NCBI GenBank assembly: GCA_013115125.1
Contig: JABANN010000010.1
Location: 62,001-126,000, forward strand
Direction: 5' to 3'
Origin: Perkinsus olseni
Lineage: Eukaryota
DNA length: 64,000 nucleotides
In this document: piece after piece, positions 36,901-50,327 of the stretch
Layout of the letters: every line of letters begins with the position of its first letter
Position numbering within the stretch: the first letter of the stretch is position 1
Position numbers and translations under genes: made by a program
The notes under the pieces: model-generated
What the model was told of the DNA's origin: nothing
The model's database searches: none
The model's input: only the letters and a program-made list of their open reading frames with translations

Positions 36901-38762
36901 GGCTTCCCGTGGTCAACGAATAGATCAAATAGTTCAGATGTGTCCTGGAACATGCCCGGTCTGAAGATTTTGCTGTCGTCTGCGTCGGAGAGCGACCTCG
37001 GGAGAGTCATGTAGTTGTTGACTGAATGATTAAAGCTCTAGGAGAACGCTTTGCTCGGGCGGGAATTACTACCATTCCGGATCATAGGCTCATTTGATAT
37101 GCACTGCCTTGTAGGCGGGCAGCCTGTGTGCATCCCGTCGTCCTCTCAGTCCTCTACCTTCTTCTGCTCCTTTGTCTATGCAAGAGGATCCGACTGGGTA
37201 TCGCACTGAATAAGGTTGCTGCTCAGTTCGTCTATAACAACAAGTTGGTTCTGATCATTCCAGTGTGAGTGATCGGGAATTCGCGGGTCTAGTAGATATT
37301 CGATAATGATCATACATTTCGGAATCGTCAGGCTTCAAACGCTCAAGTGTATGGGGTGGTGGGCTGTTTGGCTGGTTGCCGTATGCTTCACCATCAGCAA
37401 CGTTCCTGAATCCAGGGTCAAGACAGGTGCGCACGGTGAATCATTTTATGATACGCCTACTCAACAATCTCGCAGGTACCTATACGGATTACGCAGTAGC
37501 GGCCAGTTTCGAGGAGTGCGTTGAGCCGTCTCAAGTCTATGTCTAGTAATAGCTCGCAGTGGGTGAATTATGCATTACGTTACTGTTTCCGCAGCGGTCG
37601 ATATACCGACGGCAACGGGCTCATACAGAATGTGTACGCGTGCAAGGAGCCCAGATACAATCTTGGTATGAGTGACCAGTGAGGTCCGGGAACTCGGTCA
37701 ACATTGTATTTCAGATATTCTGTTCGCTTACGAGTTCTTCTCCCTTCTCTGGGTTAACGCATTTGTTATAGCTTTCGGTCAGATGATTATCGCTGGCGCT
37801 GTTGGGGTTTGGTAGGCAGCTACGCCTTTGATGTCAGCGCTTGGTGAAAAAGCTATATTAGGTACTTCACGCCTAACAGTGAGAAGGGCTCACTCGGGAC
37901 GAAGCCTCTTCGGACGGGTATCAAGAACGCCGTCGTCTATCACCAGGGTACTCTAGCCTTCGGCAGCTTCGTTCTGGCAATCGTTCAGTTCATAAAATGG
38001 TGGCTGAGGTAAGTGGGTCCCAGCTTACGACTTGTTCCTTCGCGACTGGAACTCCGCGTTATCTCAGGTACTTGGCGAAACAAGCTAAATTGCAACACAA
38101 TAAAGTGATGGCAGTCGTGTTCAGTGTTCTCAGCTACTGTGTGGCTTGCTTTGAAAAATGCATCAAGTTCCTCAACAAGAACGCCTACATTCAGACAGCC
38201 CTACTAGGTAACAGCTGTTCTGTCCACCTTCTCAACAGAGAGTCTGCCTCTGCGGAATCCACGACATCGTGTAGGCACTAAGTTCTGCACCAGTGCCAAG
38301 AACGCATTCTTTTTGATTCTTCGCAACGCTGCGCGCATAGGCGTGCTCGGCGCGATAGGAAACGCCGTCAGGCTTTTCGGATATCTCTTCATAATGGGTA
38401 GGATGCTTGAGCCTGGTATCATGTCATGGAATTGCCCGCCTCTTCTATGTAGGGGCTACTGCTGCTTCTGGGTATTTCATCACATTAGAAATGTACGATG
38501 GTGAAATCAACAGCCCCGTCGTGCCCATCGTCATTTATGTGGTCGTTGGGTGAGTCCGGGGAACTGCTCAGTCTCGCTGTTTTTCTCATCTCGGATGATC
38601 AGGTATGTTGTCGGAAAATTGATAACAAATGTCTTCGGTTTGGCGGTCGACTCGATGTTGCAGTGTTTCGTAGCTGACGAGGAGCTCAACAAGTCTTGCG
38701 GAGGAGCCCAAAGCACCCCGCCATTGCTTAAGAATTTCCTCGATAAGAATAGTAAGAAGTGA
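33976..38762 (+). CDS. Choline transporter-like (CTL/SLC44) membrane protein, many exons
   Basis: GNPNRLIAGQDWQGNFCG, VCVKQCP, CKRIRLGIALNKVA, YHQGTLAFGSFVLAIVQ, CFEKCIKFLNKNAYIQTAL, FCTSAKNAFFLILRN, VDSMLQCFVADEE. Confidence 0.92.
35374..35445 (-). tRNA. tRNA-Asp(GTC), copy 1, intronic/antisense in CTL gene
   Basis: TCCGCGGTAGTATAGTGGTGAGTATTCCTGCCTGTCACGCAGGAGACCCGGGTTCAATTCCCGGCCGCGGAA folds into a full cloverleaf with anticodon GTC. Confidence 0.96.
35528..35599 (-). tRNA. tRNA-Asp(GTC), copy 2, identical to copy 1
   Basis: Same 72-nt sequence, followed on the minus strand by a TTTT Pol III terminator. Confidence 0.96.
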
Positions 38763-39018
38763 GCGATTGCGGAAGGCATCGAAAATATGAAGCTCTGTTG
38801 CTGGAGCTTGTTTTACATCATGACTTTCTGAGGCAGTTGCTGCGAGCTCTGCCGTGTTGTGTGAGATGTGCTCAAAACAAAAAGTTGTGTTGTGTTAGTT
38901 CCACTCAGAAGTGTGCACGAAGACATGCTTAGTGGTAGTTCTGGCGACGTCAAACTCGCCTCGATCTGAAACTCGAGAACGAGCTACTGTTAATTGCCTC
39001 TCTCAGCGAAGGACTGCC

Positions 39019-40634
39019 ATGCCGTTTTCCACACTAGTATCGTTATACATATCTGTGGCCGAGGAGAGACTCGAGAGCGGGCAAGTCACAGAGGCGGCGG
39101 GGATGCTGTTAAAAGCTACACAGGCTATCGGTGAAATTGTCGGGACCGAGCCGCAGGAAAAGGAGAGAATAATGAAGGTGTGCTCGCGTGCCACTTGTTA
39201 GTTATGACAGAGCTTTTCGACATTCAGTTGGGCCGCAACGTCGTTGCCGCTCTGAACGAGGAGGTCACGGAGCAGAGACTCTCTCTCGCAGTCGACTGCC
39301 TCGAGGGCTTCGCAGCGGCGATGCCTACGGACGCCGCGAATGACTTGGGAACCCTTTTCGCTCTGACTATGAATAATATGGCTCAGTTAAGAAAGGAAGA
39401 AGGGGAGCTGGCCAAGGCCAAGGGCTATCTCCAAGCAGTCGTTGAGACCATCAACTTCGACAAAAATGAAGAGATGGCAAGACTGCATGTTGCTACGTAT
39501 ATGAATTTGAGCGAGCTATGCAGTTCGACTGGCGACATTCGTGAGGCCGTTCTAAACGCTAGACGGGCTGTAGAAGTCTCCGAGAATTTCATCGGGAACG
39601 GCGACAGCCTCGCTATCATCCACGCTATCGCCTGCAACAACTATGCAGTTCAGCTCGCGGCCGAGGGAGTCAACCTGGAAGATGCTGAGAGCTTCTGCCG
39701 TAAAGCTCTTTGCGTGGTAGAGGGTTCGTTAGGAGAACAGAACGATGAGCTGCGCCGAGTCTTCACGGAAAGTCTTGAGCGGATCGAAGCGAGTCAGTCG
39801 GAAAGGATGAGAGCCAGGGGTTTAGAGAGCGACGTATCTGATGACGCCAGCCCGGTAGCCAACACGATAGTCGAGGATGAAGCGGCGAGCGCGCATATGC
39901 TAGAGAATAGCCCTCAAGGACCATCCGAGCTCCATCGTCAGAGCAAAGTCGCAAATGAGATCCATTTTGACTTGGGTCGTTCCGAACCCTCAGAGCTGGA
40001 GTCATCGCCCGTCTCTGCCAGGGAAGTCGCCCTGGGTGAGCCAGCAATAGACGAGCCCGGCTTCACCTTGGAGGACAGCAAAGTTCACAGGAGCGAGATC
40101 AGTGTCATGGTTGCTCTGAGATCTGAAAGCGGCCCGGAGAGCCAGGCTACTGTTAGCAAGGAAGATCTAAACGAGGGGCGGGCTAATGGAGAGAGTGAGG
40201 TATCTCCTGAAGTCTCTCAATTCGACTCCGAACCTTCTGTGGAACAGTCAGCAGAACCGGTAGAAACTGTGCAGAATGTGCCAGTGGCGGTACCGTCAGT
40301 GGGTAGCATTAGCGAGCCCAACGCGACCCCCACTGAACACATTCTGCGACGAGAGCTTTCGACGTCAGACACTCCGCTACTCCTGCTGCCACAGCTCCGT
40401 AGCCACGACGACCGTAGGTCTAAATGGACGGAGCCGGATTCTGGCATCAAATTTTTCGCTGAGAAGATGGCGAACCCTGAACTGGATGGCTTGCGAGATC
40501 TGGGCTCGCCGAAGTGGACAGTACGGTACGATTTGGTCGACGAGTCCTACGTTGTTGCTGATAACGAGGGGACTGAGTGGGTGGTGAAGAGTGGCGAACA
40601 GAAGGAAGCGCGCCCATGGAAGTTGTTAGATTAA
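39019..40634 (+). CDS. TPR-like helical repeat protein with acidic disordered C-terminal half (may continue 3' via further exons)
   Basis: ALTMNNMAQLRKEEGELAKAKGYL, ATYMNLSELCSSTGDIREAV and AIACNNYAVQL...AESFCRKAL are TPR-like. One intron near 39178-39227. Confidence 0.6.
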
Positions 40635-41184
40635 CGCTACACGTTGTGGACCGAGCGCGAGTCGAGTTCTGAGTGATGGCTCATCACGTTGGCGGTAAAT
40701 TAGGTCAAGATCGGAATCTGTAATCATTGTAGGGAATCCGTCCCCCCGTCACAGCAATATGCGGGGTCCTGTCGAGATGCCCTGAAGCATCCGGGGCTCG
40801 AACATGAAATATCAAGGCATGCAAGATGAGCCAGACGAGATTCGACTGAGAATTGCCGGTCAATCGCTCAGTCCATCGTACTTATTGTAACGGTGCCGCG
40901 GGGCAGGACTCTCGGGTCTCGGTACAGCTTGAGAACTGTGTTGTGGTTCTTAAGCTACTGCACGGTGCTTCCGTATGAACAGATCACAGACGCCCATCGT
41001 CAGGTAGGGTAACGTTCCAAACATTTGTTCCTCATCATCGATCCAAGAAGACTTCCGCTGATCGCGGGACTCGGGTATTCACAGCACTCACTATCAGGCG
41101 GGAGTGATGCAGCTAACTAATCAACACGACGCATCTTTTGCGAAGGAGAAATGAGCTAGTGAAACGAATTTTGTTCATGCGCAT

Positions 41185-44100
41185 TCACAACTCATCCGCG
41201 GTTGTTTCCTCTTCCGTCCAGAGGCGGCCTTCGAATCTGCAGCAAAGAGCCAATTGGAGTAATGCCCGCGACTTGCGATTCCAAGTTCATCACAACGACA
41301 CCAGAACGAATATCTGGCACGTCACCTAGTCCACTCTTCGGATCTCGGCTGATACACACTGCGATCCGCTTCATAGAGGGTAACTCGCCCCTCTGCGTCC
41401 CCGGCTAGAAGGAGGCGTCCATCAGCACTCCAGGCAATCCGTTGAGGGGCGGACCCCGGGGTTCGAATACTGAGTATCTTCGGGAGCAAAGCACTGTTCA
41501 GCTAAGAAGTGCGACACTTCTTTACTGGGGATTCAGTATTGCAGTTGAAGTTGCAGATGTGGAGCCCCTCGACAGTGGAGGCTGCCAGAACCGCTGGGTG
41601 ATGGGGGTGCCACTGGACATCGGTCACTGTGTCCCTGAGATGGCGGAGGAGGATGTTGATGGCGCACGACATGCCAGCCGGTAGCGGGGCCTCACTTGAC
41701 TGCGTCCACTGTTGCCGACGCCGGAGTGGGGGCCGTCTCGGAGATCCCAAGTATGCTAGAGAGGTCCGCCGTTCCGCTAGTCCTCTCTCGATCTCCTATC
41801 TTGTTGTTCTCGTCCACTCCAGCCATATTCCATAATTTAGCTGTCCAGTCTACCGATCCCGAGGCTAGTAGATCATCGAAGCCTCGTCTCACTAACAGAA
41901 CAACGAGTAGCAGAAGCCACGTGTACAACTGTGCGAAGGTTTCGTTCTGAACACACCAAGTGGCTCAGTACATGACCTTTAGATCAATTCTCGCCCAAGT
42001 TAATATGCTGGTTCAAGCGATTCACCGCGATTCTCGTCGGTAGGGGAGGCAAATGATGAATCCTACCGGTCGGCTTCTGAGTAGCACGAATGTCTCGGAG
42101 AGGGTGACAGTCCAATGCAGTGACCATTCCGTCATGAGCCAGTAGACTAGCCTTCGTTACTTGCCATGGGGTGCTATTCCCTGTAGTACTGTCCAATCGT
42201 GCCTGACTTCCCACGCACTAAGTCAGCATGTGAATCGTGGATTCCTACCCTCACAACGTGACCATCGTGAGTTCCCAAGGTAATGAGGTTAGCATCAGTA
42301 TCAGAAAATGCAACAGCAGATATCGAATAGTCTTTCTGGTCGCTGTCACGTAGCAGCACCGAATGGTGGGGCTCGCTCTAGGAAAAGGGCGTATCGGAAC
42401 AGGATGGCAGCGGCTTCCTACCAGCTGAGCCGTGCTCCACAAACATACCTTCCCCTCACTCGATACTGTCGTCACATGATGAGCATTCCGAGTTCCGACA
42501 ATTTCCATCCCACATATGGCTTGAGTGTGCATGGGCGAGACAAGAGACGGGGAGCCACTGTAGGGCTCGTGGCTGCCACCAAGACCGCCAACGGTTGGTG
42601 ACCACTGAACTGGTGAAAACTGAAACAAAGATATCTCCGAAGCACATTCTCAGTCATGCCCTTCGCGTCTCGAGAAACAGCACTCATAGCTCGAAGAGAG
42701 ATCAGGCCATACATTCCGTATGACCCCAACATGGTTCCTTCGTATCACAAGATGCGCGCTTCGACGATGTTATAACGCACCAAGTTTGCTACGGCCTTAT
42801 CGCATGCCCTGCTTCAGCCAACAACGGCGTTGAGCATGACGCCTTTCTGAGATAAGCATTTCTGGCGATCTATATTCATAAGTTGCAGCTCTACCCGGAC
42901 GAAGTCACTGGCCTGGGATCACTCCTCACGTCACACGCTACGCACTCAATCCAATTTCCCTGCCTAACCTTGGCTCTGGTATCCCAAATCAATACGCTTC
43001 CACTGACGGAGCCTCCCAGGTATATAGTGGGATTGAATTTATCGCTCATGGCGGTGACAACAGCAGTGTGACTCCGGAGCAAGAATTCTGGCCGCTTCGG
43101 CATCGCCAAGGACCAGACAAATACAGTAGGGCTCTGAAAAGTCCAATATACAGTAGCATGTGGTCGTGATAACAATAAGCAATACACCCAGTCATTTTTC
43201 AGTTCTCCCTGAGGCCGACCCGTTCGAGGGACCCATACAACCGGGCACGAACGAGAAGATTTGAGCCGCTAGAATCGAGCGTACAAGTCGCAATCTTGAA
43301 CTGCAGACCACGAGGAATGCTGGAAATGAGCCGAGAACTAGCAAGAGTGTATCACACTGTGTGATGCCTCACAAGCAGCAAGAATTACAACAACCGAGGG
43401 AGTAAGCGAATGGCTACTGTGGTTTTCTCACTGCGAGAAAATCCCAGTAGTAACTAACCTAAGCAACAAGGGAAGTTTGATGCCAAATTCGCATGCAAAG
43501 GGCAAACCTTTCGACACACCTCTCCGTTGAGTTTGTTCCGCTGCCATGAACCAGCACCGCCAGCGGCTATGAAAAGCTCGGGGACACCACTGTGCCACCG
43601 CACATCTGTTATCTCGCCCAGGCGTCCTTCCTCTCCAAATCGAGCAAACCTGAGCCCAGTAATGCACACCACTTCGCAGAAAATTATAATACGGCAGCTC
43701 GAGATGATGGAGAAAGCGAGGTTGCCTCGAAATTACTGGGCGAAGCACGTCCGACGCAACACCGGCGACGAGTACTCATTGACATTGTCAAGCGTTCCAA
43801 CTACGCCACTACGCCCTGCTTACACTCGGTCCGTAGCTCGGAGAGGGACTGACTCTCCACCAGCAGCTGCCGACTTTCCTACATGCTCCTCTGTAGCGTA
43901 GTCTATAAATGGATCAATACCCATGGAGCCCTGAGAACAGTGCATCAAACCTACGACGCTGCATGTGGGAAAGGTTGTATCAGAGGTCCCGAAAGGCTCC
44001 TTTCTACGGAATTATATTATTGCCGCGATATCCTACTGGAAGGTCAGAAATGCCGATGGCCTTCTCAACGATCTTGCTCGCACGCTGAAGAAATTCCTCG

Positions 44101-45446
44101 AAGTCTCGCTGCTTGCAGATATTCTCCTTCTCCTCCTCGGTGAGAATCACAAGATCGGCTCGCGCAGGGGCGCTGGGGATTTCGTGGTTGTCCTGGTTAG
44201 CAGCCTGAGTGGCAACAGAAACCGGGATCGCCGATCTCAGATCGGTACGAGCAATCTCCCGAGTTTCAACTCGCAAACTCACTCGCACGGCTGCTCTCAT
44301 CTTGTCGAGAGCAGTCGACCCCCGACGCGGGAAAATCGGGTTCCGGACAGACGACCGTCGCCTTTGTGGCCTAGAGCTCATCAGCTGTGGCTCCTGGTCT
44401 GTGGCAACGTCTACCTCTGCCGACACCGCCCCTGTGAAATAGCAACGACTAGTTACTCCAAGTCGAAGGCGTTCCTTGACCACTTGCGATTCACAAATCC
44501 TCGAACTCCAGTTTCGCACGGAGAGCGCTAACTGACTTCATGCACTGAGCCTTGCGTTGCAAATCGCTGGGGCCGACCCTACCGACCTCGAGTTACTTCA
44601 AAACGAGGAGAGGCCCATTGTTAGAGACTCAATGAGATCGATCAAAAAAAACATCTTTTCATTGCCGGCAGAAGATTCCACCATCCCACCACCTCGCTCA
44701 TCCGTCCTGTATGAATTTTCGCACTGCGTAGACTTCTCATAGCTGTCAATTATGTCAGCAGGGCCCTTTTGAGCAGATAAACCATCTCCCAGAGACGTCA
44801 TGCCACTGGTCCTCTCAGAGTCGATCCGGACCACCGACTGCGAAGTTACTAACGAGAGTAGCCGATCGACGCTGAGGATAAATCCCAAGTAACTCTACCG
44901 GTCTCTAATTTTGGTTTCCGAAATATAAGGGCTTTTACTCTGCTCGCCCCTTCCGGGGTTGTTTTGCTATCTGACGACACAGCATATCCGCCAGGAAAGC
45001 GATGAAATATTGTCAAGAGAGCGCCGATCGGCATAGCCGACACTCTGTATCCCCTAACGGAAGCAGACTGAAGTCCAAAAGCGTCTAAACAGGTTCCTCA
45101 ATCTCTCACTCCCCTTTGCCGCAGAGATATCGATGCTCTCGAGACTCGCGAGCTGTTCATCAATGGTCAACGTCTCTTTCAAGATCTGAGCTCGAAAATG
45201 GAGCGTTATACGCGAATACGAAATACATCCTGGATCCGTCGATCGATGCAACTCGAGGAAGCGTTACGGCTTTCTGCAAGGGCCGATGACCTAAGGTGGG
45301 ATGTTTTGGATCTTTCACGGTTGACCTGAAAGAACGCACCTCACTCTGCTTGCTCGAAGTTTCCTCAGCTCTTCAACCCTCTTCCTTTGAGCCTCGACCG
45401 CCCTTCGATCTATACCACCGGCGTTAACTCCAGAGAATGCTTCCAT
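41185..45446 (-). CDS. DYNC1I: Cytoplasmic dynein intermediate chain (WD40), multi-exon
   Basis: N-terminal KRVEELRKLR; LTEEEKENICKQRDFEEFLQRASKIVEKAI; ITDVRWHSGVPELF; VWSLAMPKRPEF...PTIYLGGSVSGSVLIWDTR; HTQAICGMEIVGTRNAHHVTTVSSEGKVCLWS; DVQWHPHHPAV; GDAEGRVTLY...PRSEEWTRF. All match DIC motifs. Confidence 0.92.
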
Positions 45447-45582
45447 TCGGGAATTAATAACAGCCCACTTAACAGAGCCAAAGAGTACGCATTTTCGTCC
45501 AGCCAACTAACAACTGATTACAACGCAAAAGCTCAGGCAGTAGAAACAGCGAACTGATAAGGATTCACTCTGCCAGAGGTAC

Positions 45583-46304
45583 TCACAGGGCCGCTTGCAT
45601 CTTGCCTAGAACCTGAGTCGCGATCAACTCCGTCGCCCTGGAGTACCACCGATATCATCAACATTCGAACGCGCCCCTCAATACTTTCTCAGCTTCTTCA
45701 GGAGTTACCATCTCCTTAGCACTAGCAGGAAACTTGAGACCCAACGTATCGTTGGTGTACCGCGGGATCACATGAACATGAACATGCGGAACCTGAGCTT
45801 GCAACGGTAGCGGAGAGACGAAAAACTCCGTAATCAGAAATCACCTCCTGTCCGGAGCACTTCCCGTTGTTTTGACAGATGTTGAGTCCATCGGCGCCAG
45901 TGCCTAGAAGAAATAGATCTCTATCCAAGTTGCGCATCCATCAGTTCGTAGTACCTTCTTTGACCGCCTTGGCAAGCTTAGGAAGATCAGCCAGGAAGGC
46001 CGCGGCCACATCTGCGGGCATAGCGTCCATCGTGGCATACCTGAGGTGGAAGGGCTTCAATGCCAGATGTGTTGGGTGAACACAGTACCCCTCAACCTTC
46101 GGTAGCAGCAAGGCATGACCTTCAGTCACCGGAAATGCGTCCAATATGGCGAGTGAATGCTCGGTCTCAAAAATCTTATGGCAGGGTATCTAGTAATTGT
46201 GAACGATGGGTCTCCTCGATCACCTTCCAACCTGCATGGTGCAATACCTCGCCTCGAATAATCTTGGCAAAAATATTGTCGTGATCGTATTCTGCGCCTG
46301 ACAT
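45583..46304 (-). CDS. HIT-family (histidine triad) nucleotide hydrolase, multi-exon
   Basis: YDHDNIFAKIIRGEIPCHKIFET...LDAFPVTEGHALLLPK...GLNICQNNG...VFHVHVHVIPRY. Confidence 0.93.
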
Positions 46305-46630
46305 CTTCGTAAGAAGTCTTTGAAAACCCTTCAGAGTATAATAAGGAAGTCTGGATATTTTTCCAAACGGGAAATTTCATTCCGCCACAGCCGACTGACT
46401 ACGACACAGTAATGTCCGAATGTACACAACTCGGTATCTTGCTACTCGTTACGAAACATTTTGCTCGCTGTGCGAGCCCTGAGCAAATTGTGATAGCGGG
46501 CCGGGCTATTGTTGCTTCAGATGCTGAAGGCACAATGACTCATAAGGTGAGCTATTTTGTGGCCAGGAAGAGCTGCGTAACAGTCTTTGTTGATATCGGA
46601 GGAAAGGGAACGGCGAAAGAAAGAATTCTA

Positions 46631-46717
46631 TGGTCGATGCAGGGCTCGAACCTGCGACCCTCGCGTTATTAGCACGATGCTCTAACCGACTCTCAGCGGG
46701 AACGAGCTAAAACGACC
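46631..46717 (-). tRNA. tRNA-Ile(AAT) interrupted in the D-arm (12-nt insert plus one extra T); intron-containing gene or pseudogene
   Basis: GGTCGTTTTAGCTC[GTTCCCGCTGAG]AGTCGGTTAGAGCATCGTGCTAATAACGCGAGGGTCGCAGGTTCGAGCCCTGCATCGACCA. The anticodon arm, T arm and acceptor 3' strand are canonical. Confidence 0.85.
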
Positions 46718-47054
46718 CCTGTTATGGACCGCTCTCAAGCGGCTCGGAAGCGGCGAGCGCGCTTGCACATTAATACAATCTCGACCGGTTAGGTTCTATC
46801 GGAGTGACCTTATATGTGAAAAGTGCCTCGATTACCTTCATTCCTACCAGTATAAGCTTACTTAGAGGCAAACGCCAAGATTATTGAGTAAACTGACCTG
46901 CTATAACAGGAATCCATCCGAGCACGAGAGCACATGCACGCGTGCAGGTTGCGCGGTGCAACACCAGTTAGGGAGACAGACTGCAGCGCACTGAATCACT
47001 TCGATGAGATAGATGTCCGCGAGCACTCGCGTAAAGGTAGAAGAAAGTTGAGAA

Positions 47055-48251
47055 ATGGCCAATCTTTCCCACCCTGAAGTTCGGAACGGCTCCTGGTCAC
47101 CAGAGGAGATCGCCAAACATGCTAATTACGCAAAGTTACAGGGTCCGGCTACTCTCCATCGGGATATCTTCCGGGCCGGAAGTTCCGGCACACTCCATTT
47201 TGTGTTAGATACACAGATGAATCCGCCCCAAGACTTCAAGCGACAGCTACTACTCGCCCTAGCACTATTTCTTCTTCCGACAGCGGTAGTTGGCGTCAAC
47301 CGCCGATCAGCTTTCTCAGGACTCGTTCTGTCATACCTAGTCTACTTCTTCGACGGATCGGAATACAAACCGTGGAGCAAGTAAGCAGATAAGAGCGGCG
47401 TCAATGGCTCCGCGTAGCGTTTCAACAGGTTCTGGCCTGCTTTTTACAAGCTCTTCCGGTGGTCCCACACGCGGAACTTGCATAGCTTCGCCACCAATGT
47501 TCAAACCGTATTTGTGAACAAGGGGACCCTAGTCAAGCACCCAAAAGTCATCTACTCCTTGCACCCTCACGGCGTCATGTCCATGTGCCATCCTCAAGCA
47601 TTCTTCAGCATTCCGCACGAGACGTGCAAGCTAGCCGCCTCAGTTTGCTTCAAGGTCCCGCTTATGAGAGAGGCCTACCTCTGGTCTGGCATGATCGATG
47701 CGGGACGCCCAACTTGCATGAAGGCCCTGGAACACGGTTTCAGCCTCACCATTGTCGTCGGGGGAACTCGCGAGCAGTTGATACCCTATTCTCCTACCCA
47801 TGATACGGCTTTATGCAAGTCAAGGAAGGGCTTCATCAAGCTGGCTAGAGATGCTGGCCGAATACCCATCGTTCCGTGCTATTCCTTCGGAGAGTCCATT
47901 GCCTACGGTAAGACTCGTCGACTCTGCGGGGATGATGCTGTACTCTCAGAGACGAGCGATTTCCTATTGCCGTTCCGTCGCTGGTTGCAACGCCGAATCG
48001 GTGTGGGTTGGGCCATAGCGAAGACTTGGCGCCCGAGGCGGCTCAAAGACTTTGTTCTCGTTGTGGGAACTCCTATCGAATGGGAGGAGGAGGACACAGT
48101 AGAAACTATTCACCGCAAGTGAGCGAGTCACCCCGCGGTTCTCGCCGACTTTCAGAGCGCATTCAGGTACATTACTGCGGTAAAAGATTTGTTCTATGAG
48201 CATCGCGGTCACTACGTTGAATACGCGGATCGAGAACTACTCATCAAGTGA
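47055..48251 (+). CDS. DGAT2: Diacylglycerol/monoacylglycerol acyltransferase (DGAT2 family), 4 exons
   Basis: YSLHPHGV catalytic motif, FKVPLMRE, IVVGGTRE, RKGFIKLA...IVPCYSFGE, VVGTPI; N-terminal TM segment. Confidence 0.9.
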
Positions 48252-48827
48252 TGCTCAACCCGCCGTGCACATTACTTTTAGATAGCGATTCTGTATCACT
48301 TCTCATCGTTTACCTGCAACGGTTGAGTTAACTTAGTTCATGGGAGACTGCATCTTAAGCCCCTCTGTCAGTCCAGAAACTTGTTTCCCAAGGAAGTCGC
48401 ATATGATGTTTGCTCATTACCAGCGACCGAACATGGGGTTCTCTTTTGTGGACCACGCAAGACATTCCAAGGTTTCTGCTTCTACGTATAACCGAAGGCA
48501 TCATTCGTTCAGACCGATCGTTCGCAATACCATGTCCAATTTAGCTTGGCAACAACTCTGCCTCGTCTCACGACCCGTTTGGTCCTCGACTCTCAACTCA
48601 ACATACCGCCCAGAGTAGGGTAACAACAGCGTTAGACATCATAAATTCATACAAACATGGAGCTCACTCAGCCGCCGCACCATAAGAGCCAGAATTTGCT
48701 GGCGGGTCCTCGTCAAACTCGAACCCGTCCCATTCGTTCGACACGCCCCCGGACCTGCGATCGCTTTTCCCGAATAACGAAGAGTTTCCTGAAACGAACC
48801 ACATATGCTCTACCTAAGGCCGCGGGT

Positions 48828-50327
48828 TTAAATCTCACCGAAGGCTGTTCTCAGTTTTGTTGCACCATGACCAAGCGTAGCCCCAGGAGAAGTCAAAAAG
48901 CGTCCTGCAGCCACGGCTGGCCCCTCTTCCCAAGCCACCACTCCCAAGAGCACTGCTGTAATCAAAACAATCATCAAGGAGAATGTACCCAGCAGGGAGG
49001 GGGAGTTCGTAGTCGGCACAGTCATCGATCCGCGGACTAAGATCAGACCAGGTTGCTGACTGGTCCGGTAGGCGCCTGCTCACCTCGCGGTAAGACGGAG
49101 TGCTGATCACCCTTCATTACGGTGGCAACCTACAGGGACAAGCTTCGACAAAGGGGGCGCTCCTGAGTACATCACCCCCTTGCTGTTCTTAGCTAGGTCG
49201 ATAACGACCCTTGTTGCTCGGACTGACTCGCGACATAGCGATCCCATCTCTTTGCCCTTTTCCACTTGCTCAGATAAGCACGCCAGCACTCCCCTGACAA
49301 GACAGTATCGTACTTGTCGACGTGCGCAAACTTCATACCGCTCCATGGTGTCTTCTGTCCCACAATATTGGGATATTGATACCGCACACACGAAGGGGAG
49401 TGATTTCTCGACCGATTTCACACAGCTTTTCGAGACTTCCTGCGCCCGGAGGCCCAAGCAGTGCAACCTGCGACAAGATCCCGCAACCATCCGCTAGATT
49501 TATTCGCCAACCTCGATTTCTGCATCCCCACAGTGATATCACTCTTGCCCACACTCGGTTCCTTGGGACATAGCTGAGCCACGTCTTTCTCGCAGGGGTC
49601 GTCCAAAGGAGGACCGTTCTTCATGATGAGCTTCTTAAAGAAATGCGGCTCGTCTCCACCAAATGGCTGAATAAAGTTCGAGTTTGGATTGTACATAATG
49701 CCTTATGCAGTGGACTGGGCAAGTGCCAAATTAGACGCCGGTCCTTTTTTCTTATCATTGAAGTTAATCCCTAGCAGATTCCAACGTTTTTCGCCGAAAA
49801 ACTCAGTACGGCGCTCCGTCATATCCTAGGATGCTGATCAACCGCAGTATTCTACTTTACAGTTCACGATTCTCGATTACGGTCTGAGAGCGATGCGAAC
49901 GGTAGTATTCAACACTACACGAAGTATTCCGACGCGCAACACCCTGGAGCCCAGACCAGTCTCACCGATGGATTGGCCCCCTGTCCCAGATCGTCGAGTA
50001 TATGACTGAGTAAAGAGTCCATAATCCCGTCCCCTGGCCCCATTGAACCATGCACAGGGAACAACTTGTTGATGTCGTCGAGAGGGATAGGAGGAGACGA
50101 CAGGGGCTGATGCGGATGACCATCCATTGACGAGGGTCCACCACCGCCAAGGATGTCTCCCAGGGGTATGAACTGATACAAGAGTGGATCTACTTCTCGA
50201 CAGCAAAGCGTAGTCGCACGGCCGCCCCATCTTCTATTACCCTCACGTGTACTCCTCTCCCCGCCGCTTGAGCCAACAAGAAAAGAGCCGCCAGACTTGA
50301 GATAGGAGAGCCCCTCGGATGAAGCAT
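48828..50327 (-). CDS. Type I membrane protein with cysteine-rich GLG1-like repeats, multi-exon
   Basis: Signal peptide MLHPRGSPISSLAALFLLAQAAG; repeats DPCEKDVAQLCP..LHCL...VSKSC and VCAVSISQYCG..VLACL...MGSLCRESV; C-terminal TM LLGTFSLMIVLITAVLLGVVAW. Confidence 0.55.

Noticed and set aside
50267..50276. TTGGCTCAAG on the minus strand resembling the 3' end of the dinoflagellate/Perkinsus spliced leader (relic SL)
   Set aside because: Only 10 nt match, it lies inside the signal-peptide coding sequence, and the CCGTAGCCAT half is absent.
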